64,000 nt of DNA from Octopus sinensis (Eukaryota): contig NC_043016.1 of the NCBI RefSeq assembly GCF_006345805.1, positions 3,472,001 through 3,536,000 on the forward strand, written 5' to 3'. The translations under genes and the position numbers were made by a program. Below are positions 43,238 through 55,899 of this stretch, one piece after another. The notes below the pieces were generated by a model. It was not told where the DNA came from. It worked only from the letters and a program-made list of their open reading frames with translations, and ran no database searches. Positions within the stretch are counted from its first letter, which is position 1; the number at the start of each line of letters is the position of its first letter.

Positions 43238-46200
43238 CGGACGGGCTGTCACTTCGGCTCCGAAGGTAATCGTTTATTTTGACTATTTATAGCCCAATTT
43301 TTGTGTACATTGTGTACATAAGGTGTGTAAGGCACCCAACTTTCGTTTGAGTGCTTTTCCAAGGAAGGAATTTGCCCCTAGGGGCAGTTTCAACCCCATT
43401 TCATTTCTGTAATTTTCTTCTCGACATTAGAAAATGTCGAGAAATTTTATTGTAGAACGCTGGTCGCGTTCCTTTATGGACCAGCATTTTCCTAGTTTGG
43501 AAACGCTAGGAGAAAAAAAGAACGTACGCACGCAAAGTGCAAACATGAATAACGGTCGAATGAACGCTGCCAACCACGTGCGGTAACAGCCCTGTCACAA
43601 CACCAACACCACAACAACAACAACCACGAGACTACTACTGCTAGCACCACCGCCTCCACCACCACCACCACCACCGCCACCTCATCCACTACCTCAACTA
43701 CCAACAACAACAACAATAACAATGACAACAAGAATGATAACATTTGCGCCACCATTTCGACATCTGCTGTCACGGGTGTCTCTCCTGCCACTGACACCAC
43801 CGCCAACAAGAAAAACAACAATAACAACAACAACAATCCCGTTCAGACCTTGTCTCCTCAAAGAACAAGAACTGAAGGGAATAAACAAAAGACTGTGACC
43901 ACCAAACAAATTGACAAAAGCTGCTTGAATACAGGGATATAACTATGCAAGTAATTTTCCACCCCTTCCTACTTGCACAATCAAACCAAATACACCGATT
44001 TTACCAACTGTAGCCAACAACAACATCGCACGAGCAACAACAATAACAAACAACAACAAATTTCGCCGAGGCGATTAAAAGAAAAAAAGACAACAGTATT
44101 TTTACTGCACAACAAATAAAAGACACAACATTTTAATAACAGAAGTAGATGGTATAGTAAAAATAAACATACCACAAGAAATATTAGAAGATGAAAAAAA
44201 AAAAACAGAACAATTATTATAATAATTAATAAGAAAAAAAAAAAGTCCAGAGAAGGCTAACACAAGCAAAATCGAAAAAATGCTTGAAACCCATCTGGAA
44301 CTACAAAGTGTATGTGACCTGGTGGAACAAGTTCGCACACATACAAGTGGTATTCCACACTGAAGAGTTAGCAAGACGTTTCTCAACGCTAACTCTTCAT
44401 TCAGATGAACTTCAACTAACACCAAGCTATCGTGGACAGAAAGTGACTAAGATCACTTTAAACAGTGTCCCAAAAATAGCTAACAATCTATGGCTAGTGA
44501 AGGCCTTATGTGTGAAAATGGAAGATTTCACAATTTTAGAAACCACGGTCACGGAGCACAAAAACTGGGTGGGAAAAAATGTAGAATTTCTACTACATAT
44601 AAACCAAGAGGACATAAAGAAAATACCCACCCAGATATGTGTATCAGAAGACCACAAGTTGTATGTGGTCGTCGATGGCAGAAGACCACGTTGCTACATA
44701 TGCGGCAGTGAGCAACACCTAAAATAAAAATTGCAAATCTGCCGCAAGAAAACAACAGCAACAACACAGCAGCCGGAAAAAAAAAAAACAAATAAACCAG
44801 ATTTACTACCCACACCACGTTTGCACGAACAGGACTAATCACAGAAAATCACAAAAAAACAAACCTACCCAACCAAACAACCACACCAACGCACAAAGAA
44901 ACAGAAGCAACACCACCACCAACAACAACCAAGAATAAACCAACTCCCAACCAAGGACATCTGCCAAAAAGACACTCATCGAAAAGAAGAAACAATTACT
45001 ACTCAAATCCCCACAAAATTGACACCCCACCCAAACAACACAACAATACCTACAATCACTCAAACACAAAATACCCACACCCCACCTCCAAAACGCATAC
45101 ATACCACCACACCCTAACGCTCACCAACCAACACCAACAACAAAATCAACACAGTCTACAATAGACCCCAATATTTTCCTTTTTCCAAGCTCTGATTCTT
45201 CTGATTTGTCATTAGACGAAGAAAGACACAGAAGATTGGCAAATAGCCACAGTGGGGAGAAGAAAAAGGGGGAAAAAAAAAGAAAAAGATAACAAACAAA
45301 GCAGGAAGATCACCACTCCCGAAACACAAAAACATCCACAGAAAACAAACACATCAACACAAACACACTATCATCAAGCCCCCCACCCCCACAATGTTGA
45401 CAGCCATAAACACAAACAACCACGACCTAATGGAACACATTAGGTCAAACACCAACATAACTGAAAACGACATAAAAACAAGTAACCACCACGCACACAC
45501 ACCACCACCACATTAAAATAATACACGTAACACAGAACACATATAGCACCCTGAAATCTCTTTACCCTGATGCAGTAAGGAGATTTCAAAAGTATTCATC
45601 AAAGAAACTATACAAAAACCTCATGAGAAGACTGTGAGGTGAAAAACAAAGGACTTCCGGACAACAAGTAACCTTTTCTCTCTCTCTTTTCTTTTTTGCA
45701 CTTTCTTTTCGTGTGTAAAACACATTTTTTATCGGAACATGCTCAGAATAGGCAGTATAAATGTACGTGGCTTGGGGTCGCTTTGGAAACAAGGCTACCT
45801 GTTAAATGACATCAAGTTACTAAATCTGAATATCATAGCCATCAGTGAGACCAGACTCCACAGCTTGCGGGCACTCCAGCACATTTCGGTACACATTTCA
45901 ACATTTATTTGTCTCCGTGTCTACCGAGAATGGGCGGAGGTGGCACCGCGGTGCTTCTCGGAAGAGTCTGGGTCTCAAAGTAAGAGCAATTTCCTAGACC
46001 CGGAGGGTAGGCTGGTCGTTTTGGATGTCGATGGCAGCAATGAGTGTGCTTTTCGACTGATAGCAGTTTATGCTCTGTCCTTAACAGGCCGACCAGATTT
46101 CTTCGACGTCTAGAGGCTTTCATGGGAACGTCTCGTCCTTTACTTTTAGTGGGGGATTGGAATGCCACCCTGGACACGCATCTAGACTACGTGGGCAGAG

Positions 46201-49200
46201 ATAGCAATAGAAGGGGATGCAAATGCCTCAAAGACCTGCTCAGACGTTTCCAACTGTCTGACAGGTACCGACTGGACCCACGAATGTGCCAATGTGGACA
46301 TGGAGTAACCGCATCGGGTCGTCCAGATCATACTTAGATAGAGTATTCTGTTGTAGACAATAGATAAAAATAGTGTAGGTTGTCCACAATTTCATATAGA
46401 TCACAAGTTTGTGACTTGTACACTTGACTTAGATAAGACACATAGGCAGGGTCCTGGTTACTGGAAACTGAACGCGTCTTTTACAGCACGACAGGTTTAC
46501 AGGGACCGGACCAGCACATTAGTTAAGAGAGCTTTGACGGGTACCATGATCAACAACAGATGGTGGTATGCCCTAAAAAAAGCAATTAAAGCAGAATCAG
46601 TCAGATACAGTAAAGCCCTAGCATTAGACCGAAATAGAATAGAGGGAGAATTAGTTAAGGTTTTAGAAGAGGCACTTAGAACTGGCATCGCGTCCAACGT
46701 GCTGGCGGCGAGATTGGCCCTCGACCAACACCTCAACGCCAACACGAGGGATGCGTTGTCAGAGCTAGGATGCGTGCTCTGAGGAACGAAGGAGTTGAGC
46801 CGCCCAAGAGGCCCGAGTGGTGGAGACGCAACGAGGCAACAGAGCCACCATCAAGTCTCTTATAGATGAACAGGGGCGCGAATTGCTCGAGCCTAAAAGG
46901 ATGTGTGGGCTTTTCAACAACACTTCACCCGACTGTTTGGGACAAGTGGTGGGTCAGAACGCAGAGTGGACTTTAGTGCCTACCTGCATGCCTTGCCACG
47001 ACTCTCCAGCAAGAGAGGTGGATTCTTGTGAAAGGCCTATCACAGCTGCGGACGTACAGGATGCGATGGTAGGCTGCGCGAGAGACAAGTCACCAGGCTT
47101 GGATGGTCTGCCCTACGAACTTTTTTCATATGCCAGACTGTTTGGAGGCGTCTTGGCAGCTGTCTACTGCAACTGCAGCAAAAAGGGAGTATTCCTGCTT
47201 TTGTAAAGCGAGGAGCAGTGGCACTGATTAAGAAAGACCCAAACAAGGGGGACGTCATAGATAATTTCAGGCCCATCACTCTGCTCAACGCAGATTTGAA
47301 AATTTTGGCCAAGGTGTTAGCCGAGAGGTTGGCGCTTGTCATCAAGAAACTAATCGACAAGGCGCAAACATGCGCCGTACCGGGTAGAAGTAGTATCATG
47401 ACAACCTCCATATGATGCGCGCTACATCATAGACAGGGTAGTTAAGAATCCTGGCATGGGTGGGGCGCTGATCAATTGGATCAATCAAAAGCCTTCGATA
47501 GGGTAGACCATCACTACTTGGAGGCTGTCCTTAAAGCGGCTGGTTTCGGTCCAGTTTTCCGCGGTTGGATCGCTGCCTTATACAGCGCATCCGCTCAGTA
47601 GTTCGCGTAAATGGTCATCTATCCAGACCTTTTAACATCATGCGTTCGGTTGGTCGTCAGGGATGCCCCCTCTCATCGCTGCTGATGTACTGACTCTTGA
47701 GCCACTACTGCGGAAACTGGCGACGCTGAGGGGCATCCCACGAGAGCTGGGATGCGGGAGGAGCGTGTCTGCATACGCGGATGACGTCACCGTCATAGTG
47801 TCGAGCTACGAGCACATCGAGCTGGTCGGCGAGACACTAAAAGAATACGAAGCGCGGTAACGGGAGCAAAAAATTAACCGGGAAAAGTCAGTGGGCTTGC
47901 GGCTCGGCACCTGGAGAAGCAAGCCCATGCCGTCCAACAGCGTCTCCATCGTGGGACGCTGGACGGACGGACCGGTTGTTAAATTGCTCGGGGTCTGGTT
48001 CGGTCCGGACCTCCAAATGGAGAAGAACTGGGGCGAGATAACGACTAGGGTGGCTACTCTCACCCAGAAATGGACTGAGAGAAAGCTATCCCTAAAAGGT
48101 CGGGCGGAGGTGGCGAACGCGTACATCGCATCCGTCATCGAGTATCGTCTGACCGTCGTGCCTTGTCCCGACCCTACCATCACCTAACTGGAACGTTACT
48201 CTTCCGCTTCTTGTGGAAGGGAAACGTTCCGATGGGTAGGCGATCCATTTGCTGTCAACACCCGCTAAATGGAGGGCTGGGCATGCCGTGGTTGATGATG
48301 CGCAGACATGCGCTGAGACTGCGACATCTCCGGCGCTTCATAGAAAACGGTGAACAGGTGTGGTCGCCTTCTGTGCGGCGCGCTTTCCGCAGCTCGTCTC
48401 CTTGGACGAACTACAGTCATGGATCAAGCAGAGACCGAGGCTAGGCGAATGACACCGCGAGTGTCGCGTTGCTCTCAAGCAACTCTGCCGTCCGGGATCG
48501 AAACTTGTGCGACTCCATCACAACAAAGGCATTCTATAGAGGATTAGTGGAGGGGAGGTGCGACGACGAACTCGGGCAGAGTCTGGCGTCGACGAGGAAC
48601 ACCTGACCCGCCTGTTCAGGACAACTTTCGGGCCGGGACCTATGAACAACAACCAAAGATCCCGGCCGGCTGTGCTATCGAGAAGCTTACCTGTTCGGGA
48701 TAAGCTATACAGACACGGTTCCAGACACACTGGACCGACTTGCCGAGATGCGGTCAGAGACGACGAAACCGTTCTGCACGCACTCGTGCAATGTCCAACC
48801 ATTTCAGAACTGTGGGCTTATGCCGAACGGCTGCTGTCACGTGTGGACGAATCCGCCTATCGGCCGAGTCTATCGTCTGAATTGCTCGCCCCTTCCCTCA
48901 ATCGGGAAGGCAAGGCAGTTTTCATCGTACTGGTGGCCTGTGGTGAAAGAAGAATGTGTGTGGGGGACTCAAGCGAAAGGTTTAGAGACAAACACTTACC
49001 TCTCTGGCCAATCGCTCATCAACTTTTTCAAGTACCACTTGAAAAGGAAGGTGAGAATGGAGAGGGAAGTTTTCTCTCGCGAAAGATTCAAAAAAAGATG
49101 GGTGAATGTTGCAAGGATGGTGCGTGCTAGTAACGAAACGATTTTGAGCATGATCCTGTAGATCGTAAAAAAGAAAGAAAAAGAGCATTTTGATCTCATG

Positions 49201-49461
49201 TGGTTATTTCCTCCCTGACTGAGGTTCCCGTGGTCTTTTCTGTAGGCTTTTCTTCCCACGGATGAACCCAATCTTGTTATATCAATGTTTATATCATTAT
49301 TTCTGTGATACACGATTTCTTTTTTTCCTTTTTTTTCCTCCTCTCGATCCCTTTTGATCGCAATCTTACATTTATTTTCTTTTTTTCCACCCTCGAAAAG
49401 AAAAGCTCTGATTTGTATTTGTCCCCTCTGTATTCAGCCCTGTGTGGCTAATAAAAGAAAG

Positions 49462-49462
<1 letters not shown>
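43238..49462 (+). mobile_element. Tx1-type LINE copy F, apparently full length (~6.2 kb) and defective
   Basis: Structured leader; ORF1 (44284..44727 VVVDGRRPRCYICGSEQHLK); ORF2 from 45739 (IGSINVRGL, IAISET, LLVGDWNA, AYADDVT); 3' end GTGTGGCTAATAAAAGAAAGT|TATC. Confidence 0.92.
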
Positions 49463-49494
<32 letters not shown>

Positions 49495-49520
49495 ATCTAT
49501 CTATCTATCTGGCTATCTAT
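49463..49520 (+). repeat. (TATC)n array at the 3' junction of copy F
   Basis: Direct. Confidence 0.9.
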
Positions 49521-49562
49521 CGCCCCAAATGCTAGTCAGACATCTGCAGACTATATATTTCT

Positions 49563-49593
<31 letters not shown>

Positions 49594-50453
49594 ATATATA
49601 TCTATATCTATATTATATATATATATATTATATATATATATATCACATATATATATGTACCTATATAGTACAAAATATGAATTTTCTACATTCACAGAGA
49701 AGTCCTCTATAGGTACATACATGGATAGTTCTTCATCGTAAAGATGGGATAGTGATGGTGATAGTAATCCAATACAGAAAAGTATAATGTATATTTGTAC
49801 GCAGGTGAAATCCAGATATCATCTTTGAAATTATTTCGTGTCAGGAGGTATGAGATGTGGATATATTTATTTACCCATTTGATATCCGTAGGTTATAGAT
49901 ATAGAAGCCAAGGTCTTGAGATCGCCTGAACTCTAATGTCTCATTTCTAGACATTTGAAGCATTAGCTTTCTATATCTGCATTGATTAATGATTGTACAG
50001 TTATACTGTGCAATGTATAGCCAGCGTATTGGTGCAGACATGTACAATAATCTATTATACATTCAAATTATTATTACTTGATGAAGGTTGCGGAGCGGAC
50101 AGAATTCTATGGATATCAAGTGGTTAACTAGTTAAATAAATATATTCAACTATCAAACCTCCTAAATTTTTAAGAAACACACACACACACACACAAATTT
50201 ACATATAAATATATGTATACATATATACAAATGCACCCGCACGCGCGTTTACACATTATTTTCGTAATCCCGATTCATATAATATTTGTTAAAATTAAAC
50301 TATTTCCTCACGGTTTCTGCTTACGTATGCAACATCATATAATCGTATATGTGTGAACAGAAATATTGAGACCTATAGGTGTGTCAATATCGGCACGTAT
50401 GAAAGTTAAAAAGAACGCATATATGTGTATCTCGGAGTATAAGAGAACATGTG

Positions 50454-50484
<31 letters not shown>

Positions 50485-50662
50485 CGCACATATGTCAACA
50501 TATAAGAAAATAAAAAATATATAAATAATAAGGTATATAAATTCCTATAAGCGGGGGAATTTTTTATCCGTGTATGTAACTAGGTTTGTGTATGCGTTTA
50601 AATATGTACAAGCTGTATGCAAGTATGTATGTATATATATGAGTGTATATATATTATATATA

Positions 50663-50703
<41 letters not shown>

Positions 50704-50776
50704 TAGAGATACACACACACATACATACATACATACATACATACATACATACATACATACATACAACATACATACA

Positions 50777-52018
50777 CAGGGCGCAATGGATAAATTGTCG
50801 CCATTATATTTTATTTTGCGCATTGTTTGTCTTGATTTTGTCGACTACACAGTATAGCAGGATCAGTTGGGCACCGTCTTTGAGAAAAACAACACCATGA
50901 CGCAATTCACTCTGCCAGAAATTTAGAAACGAAATTCTGTGCTGCTTGGCATTCGCACCGGAAGCTCCAATACGCATATTTGAGAGTGTTTGGGTGTCAA
51001 TGTGAGGGCAGCGCAGAGGATTCGGAAAGAGTTGGATGAGTCTAATCATCATTACGAAGGTACGGCAGTTTGAAAAACTCACTGTTATCGTTCTGATAAG
51101 AAAAGAACTACTGAAATTGTTGGTAATATACAGGCCATGATTGAGAACGATCCTTCCAAGTCAATCAGGCCACATGGTAGCGTTTGAGTTTCTTATTAGG
51201 AAGGTAGTGCATGAAGACATTCGATATTCCTGATACAAGATGAGAAAGGGCCAATTTTGTATCTCAAGCCATCAAGAACAAGAGGAAACAGTGCTACGAA
51301 GCTTTGAACAAACTCAAGCATCCTCTCCAACCGAACATGCTTTGGTTTTTCTCAGACGAGAAAAATTCTGCCAGGATCAGATGATGAACACACACAACAA
51401 AGGTAGGTTTTCCGTGTTCCCAAAATATGTAACGGGAATAATAAAAATTAAACATTTAGACAACACCATGGTATTTGGAGTGATCACTAGTGATGGCAAC
51501 GTTGTGCCGACATTCATCGCCTCATACGGCCTCAGACTCAACACGGTGGTCTACATCAAGTGCCTGGAAGGTATAGTGCTGCGCTGGGTCAAGACGGTGG
51601 CTGTTGGATGACACCTATGTCTGGCAACAGGACCCTGTACCATGCCACACAGGCAGGAGAACCCAGGCATGGCTATCACCCCTAACATCTGGCCACCTAA
51701 CTCCCTAGACTGCAACCCCCTTGACAGTTAAGTGAGAGGCCAACAAAAGATCTTGTAACACCAAATATGAACTAAAGGAAAGGATTATGGCAGCGTTCAC
51801 CAACGTAAAGAAAGAACCCGTCCAGAAGAGTTGCAGGAGATTCCGAAGACATCTAGAGGCCGTAGTAGAAGCCAATGACGGTTTTATTGAATAAATTTTC
51901 TCTTTAGTATTTCGAGATACTTTTATGTAATGTTGGCGAATATATCTGTTAAAATGACATGTCAGTGTTATTTTCATTTTTGCATAATTTCGACGACAAA
52001 ATTTATTCACCGGACCAC

Positions 52019-52023
<5 letters not shown>
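50777..52023 (+). mobile_element. Tc1/mariner-superfamily DNA transposon relic
   Basis: MVFGVITSDG, YIKCLE, WQQDPVPCHT and WPPNSLDCNPLD motifs; degenerate TIRs CAGGGCGCAATGGATAAATTGTCG and CGACAAAATTTATTCACCGGACCACCTCTG. Confidence 0.85.
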
Positions 52024-52058
<35 letters not shown>

Positions 52059-52198
52059 ATGTGTGTGTGTATCTATATATATATATATGTATGCATATAT
52101 ATATATATATTATATATATATTATACATATATATATATAATATCTGTATGCATGTATGTATATATGTATGTATCTCTCTCTCCAAATATTAACACATA

Positions 52199-52261
<63 letters not shown>

Positions 52262-52278
52262 ACACATATATATATATA

Positions 52279-52562
52279 TATAATTATAGTTAAGGGCTAC
52301 TGGAAATGACCAGCGCCAATGCTAGAAATAGGTGTCAAATACTTACAATCCACGCTACAATTTGTTCTCTATATTGAACAACAGGTACAAACGCGTGGAA
52401 ATGAGCAAGAATATATTTTCTGTAGTTTCTTGCTCATTCCCTCGCTTTTGTGTCTGTAGTTGAATATAGTGAACAAATTGTAGAGTGGATTGTAAGTATT
52501 TGACACCTATTTTCTAGAAATGGCGCTGGTCATTTCCAATAGCCCTTAACTAGAATTATATA
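52279..52562. repeat. ~285-bp fold-back (MITE-like) with TA-rich flanks
   Basis: TAGTTAAGGGCTACTGGAAATGACCAGCGCCA..GGTGTCAAATACTTACAATCCAC pairs with GTGGATTGTAAGTATTTGACACC..TGGCGCTGGTCATTTCCAATAGCCCTTAACTA. Confidence 0.9.
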
Positions 52563-52805
52563 TTTATAACTACGGAGATGTACCTGCATAGCGAGTGACT
52601 TGATCTGAAATCGTGTGCTGGAACGAAAACAATTGCAGCGTGGAAGGTGTTTGTAAGCCATTTAAGAAACACACAAAACCGTTAGATTTACTTCAACATT
52701 TAAATTTAATTTGTCAAAATATTTTCGTCGCTTTCAGACCGCGACCTCTTCACTGACAAAACTTCGTGCTGCATCTGAGAAAGTAACAGTTAGTTCATGA
52801 TATAT

Positions 52806-53000
52806 ATGTACGTATGTATGTATGTATGTATGTATGTATGTATGTATGTATGTATGTATGTATGTATGTATGTATGTATGTATGTGCTTATGTATGTGTG
52901 TACATGTATGTGCGCATGCATGTGTGTATGCCTATACGCATGTATGTATGTACTTATGTACTTACGTATGTATGTACTTATGTACTTACGTATGTATGTG
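52806..53000. repeat. (TATG)n microsatellite
   Basis: Direct. Confidence 0.9.
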
Positions 53001-53473
53001 AGTATTTAGGAGAGTATGTAGACGCATCTATTTGTCTGTACATTGCTGTATATAATTGTATATACGAATGCAGGGGTGTTTACATATTCGCGATATACAT
53101 GCGTCTAGACGCGTTCCAACCAGCAGACGTGAAGATGGGTAGACGGTAATTTGCATCCAAACAGCCAACACGAATGATAAATCATAGTGATATCATGCTG
53201 TGGACTTAGAAACCCGGCCGTCTTTGACAACATATCTCCTTTGTTCATGAGCATTATGGACACAAACGTATTTTTTTTATCTAATGTGATGAGATATTTT
53301 TGTTCCAGCGAATAAGTGCATAAGCTAATTCTGTAACCTAATTTAATACAGCTGTTGTGATAGTTAACTACACCACCGTCGTGAATTTCATTTTGAATAG
53401 TAACGTTTACTAATAAGAATTGCGTAGTAGTCTCTGGAGATTTGACAATGCAGTCTGCTTATAAATGTTTCTA

Positions 53474-53573
53474 NNNNNNNNNNNNNNNNNNNNNNNNNNN
53501 NNNNNNNNNNNNNNNNNNNNNNNNNNNNNNNNNNNNNNNNNNNNNNNNNNNNNNNNNNNNNNNNNNNNNNNNN
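53474..53573. other. Assembly gap (100 N)
   Basis: Direct. Confidence 1.
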
Positions 53574-53589
53574 ATTACGCAGAGGCTGA

Positions 53590-53825
53590 TGAGTTGCCTT
53601 TAATACTTCGGGTTCGATAAAATAAGTGGCCCTTCGATATACATTTCCCCCTGAAACTGCTGGCCATGTACCAAAATTGCTAGAGCTTTCATCCGACCTT
53701 ACGTTCTGAGTTCCATTTCCCCCAAGGTCGACTTTGTCTTTTATCCTTTAGATATCAATGAAATAAGTACCGGTTGAACACGGGTTGATGTAATCGGCTC
53801 TCTCCAAAAAAAAAAAAAAAAGATG
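53590..53825 (+). mobile_element. Decayed SINE family B-like pieces
   Basis: ACGTTCTGAGTT..GGTCGACTTTG..AAATAAGTACC..GATGTAATCG. Confidence 0.6.
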
Positions 53826-53969
53826 CCAAGTATTATACCTTTAATAGAAAGAGTTATTATAATATTTGGCAGTTTTATAAACTACAAACATTTACTAGTT
53901 TTAGGCAAATTACTCCTGCATTACCTGCTGCACGGCCGTGTTGCTGAAGTGTGTGCAACATTGCGTGCT

Positions 53970-54087
53970 CTGACGCAATACAATATGAGTAGGGTTTGCA
54001 CTTCCACAACAACAACAAAGAGCAGGCAATGTTGCCCTTTTTTGTTGTTTTGGAAGTGCAAACCCTACTCATATTGTATTGCGTCAG
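53970..54087. repeat. 118-bp hairpin with perfect 37-bp outer arms
   Basis: 53970-54006 is the exact reverse complement of 54051-54087. Confidence 0.95.
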
Positions 54088-54269
54088 TTTGTTATGTTTT
54101 GGGGTCTGGTTGCAGTTTTTGTTGAATCAGTGTTTGTATTGTGTGTTGTGTGTGTAATGCGAGTTGTGTTCTTCTGTTGTTTAACTGACCTGCTGGTGGT
54201 TGTATATTTTATTGGATATTTGCTATATAGAGTATATCTGGTGTTTATGGATTGTTTTGTTTGGGTTGC

Positions 54270-54475
54270 ATTATTTTTGCCTAAGATGTGAACAGTTCCT
54301 TGTAGGATTATGTTTTGGATAAGTGTAGCGTTGAGGGTCCAAGTATAGCTTCTACATTTATGTTTATATGCTTTGTTTATCATTCCAAATGCTCCAATTA
54401 CTAGTGGTATTTTCCCCTTCGTGCTCCACATCTTAAATACTTCAATTTCGAGGTCTTTGTGCTTTGGCAATTTCT
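54270..54475 (-). mobile_element. RLE-type non-LTR element C-terminal fragment
   Basis: KHKDLEIEVFKMWSTKGKIPLVIGAFG...IQNIILQGTVHILG in ORF 54084..54470. Confidence 0.7.
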
Positions 54476-54559
54476 CCTACTGATAGAGACTGCAGTCTAT
54501 CAGTAAACAGGCGCATTTTCCCCATTCTTTGATTAATATGTCTAATCGATTAGCTTTTA

Positions 54560-54910
54560 TTTCTGTGTGAGTTTGAGCAGGCAGAGCCCAGATGATTGTG
54601 GCCTGGTCGTTGAGAGCACCTTGCCTGGCATATACTTATAAGTGAGACTGTACCTCACTCTCCAGCCTCACTTTCCTTTTCAGGTGAATCTGAAAAAGTT
54701 GGTGAGGCCTTGGCCAAACAGGAAGGTACCCGTCTTTAACACTTTCAGTTGCGTCCACTATCTTGTTTGCCCTCCCTTACCGGCTAAAGGAAGGAGGCAG
54801 GGTGATCTTCACAATGGACTCGGACGATAGCTGGATCCGTCCTGCACGTGACAATAACTGTTCGACAAAGCTCCACAAGTCAGCAATGCACGAGCATTGT
54901 ACGAGAGCAT
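54560..54910 (-). mobile_element. Old diverged fragment related to the Tx1-like family (ORF2 C-terminus)
   Basis: The + strand reads LPYRLKEGGRVIFTMDSDDSWIRPARDNNCSTK, matching the antisense frame of copies A-F ([28 protein letters not shown]). Confidence 0.7.
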
Positions 54911-55127
54911 GCAGTAATAATAGATTCTTTATCAGGCTCAAGAACGTAAAGTTGCAAATATGTGTCGAGTGAAACAGACAAGTAATTTAAAGAGCAAGGC
55001 ACTAGCGAAAGACGTTATGCCATCAAAGTGTAGGCAGAAAATATACTTATGAGAAACACAAATGTTTACACCACTGAAAAAAAGAGTATAATAAAACGCA
55101 TACTAATTAAAACAAGATTCATTTTGA

Positions 55128-55187
55128 AAGTACACCAGTCACCACAAAAGTACACCAGTCACCACAAAAGTACACCAGTCACCACAA
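55128..55187 (+). repeat. 3x 20-bp tandem repeat AAAGTACACCAGTCACCACA
   Basis: Direct. Confidence 0.9.
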
Positions 55188-55899
55188 ACAGATATATAAC
55201 TACAAACGCTACACAACAACTGCAATCAGAAGGATAACATGCAGACTAATTTCTCAACTTTGCATTCCTGTGGGTTATTTTGTTGATTTTGAGGTTGCTG
55301 TTTTTGTAGTGTATTTTCTTGTGATCGTTGTCTTTCTCCTTTGGAAGCTCACAACTCTCCCAGCATCTAACCTTTCAAAAAAATACGATGTTTGATGATG
55401 TGTCAGAGAAACTCAGTTATATGGAGGATCTGTGACCGTAATCGAGTATTCGTATTAGACCAAATAGTGTTTTCGGCGACGAAGGAATTTACAAAAGATT
55501 TTCTTTGTGGAAGTAATCTTTTCTGGTTTCTGTCATTGGTAGCTGTTGTATTGACATCGGAGCGGATTTTCGCTCTTTCTGTCTACGTGTGAGAAGAAAG
55601 CCCTGAGATTAGTAACACTACCAGAGATTTAACGCTTAGGGCTTTTATTTCTCGTAAAATGAGCAGTTAGATTCTGTCCAGCAAGTCTATCTGATTAAAT
55701 ATATTCTCTGGATATTTTTGTGTGAACTAAACATCGATCTCTAGGCGAATATTCAACTGATTCTCTTTTAAAATATCCTTACTTCAAGTTTATTTCATTC
55801 CCGCCTCGCTCCAAACGATTGACATCGGATTTTAATTCTGGTGATGCATCCCTCATCGTCATTTTCAACTGTCTTCTTCGAAAGAATAACATAATGCTT

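Noticed and set aside
54480-54910. Minus-strand Tx1-like fragment as a further test of TATC targeting
   Set aside because: Too decayed, with no definable ends or (GATA)n flank, so it is uninformative either way.
55128-55187. Short direct repeats as a CRISPR-like array
   Set aside because: The units are contiguous with no spacers, and the context is eukaryotic.
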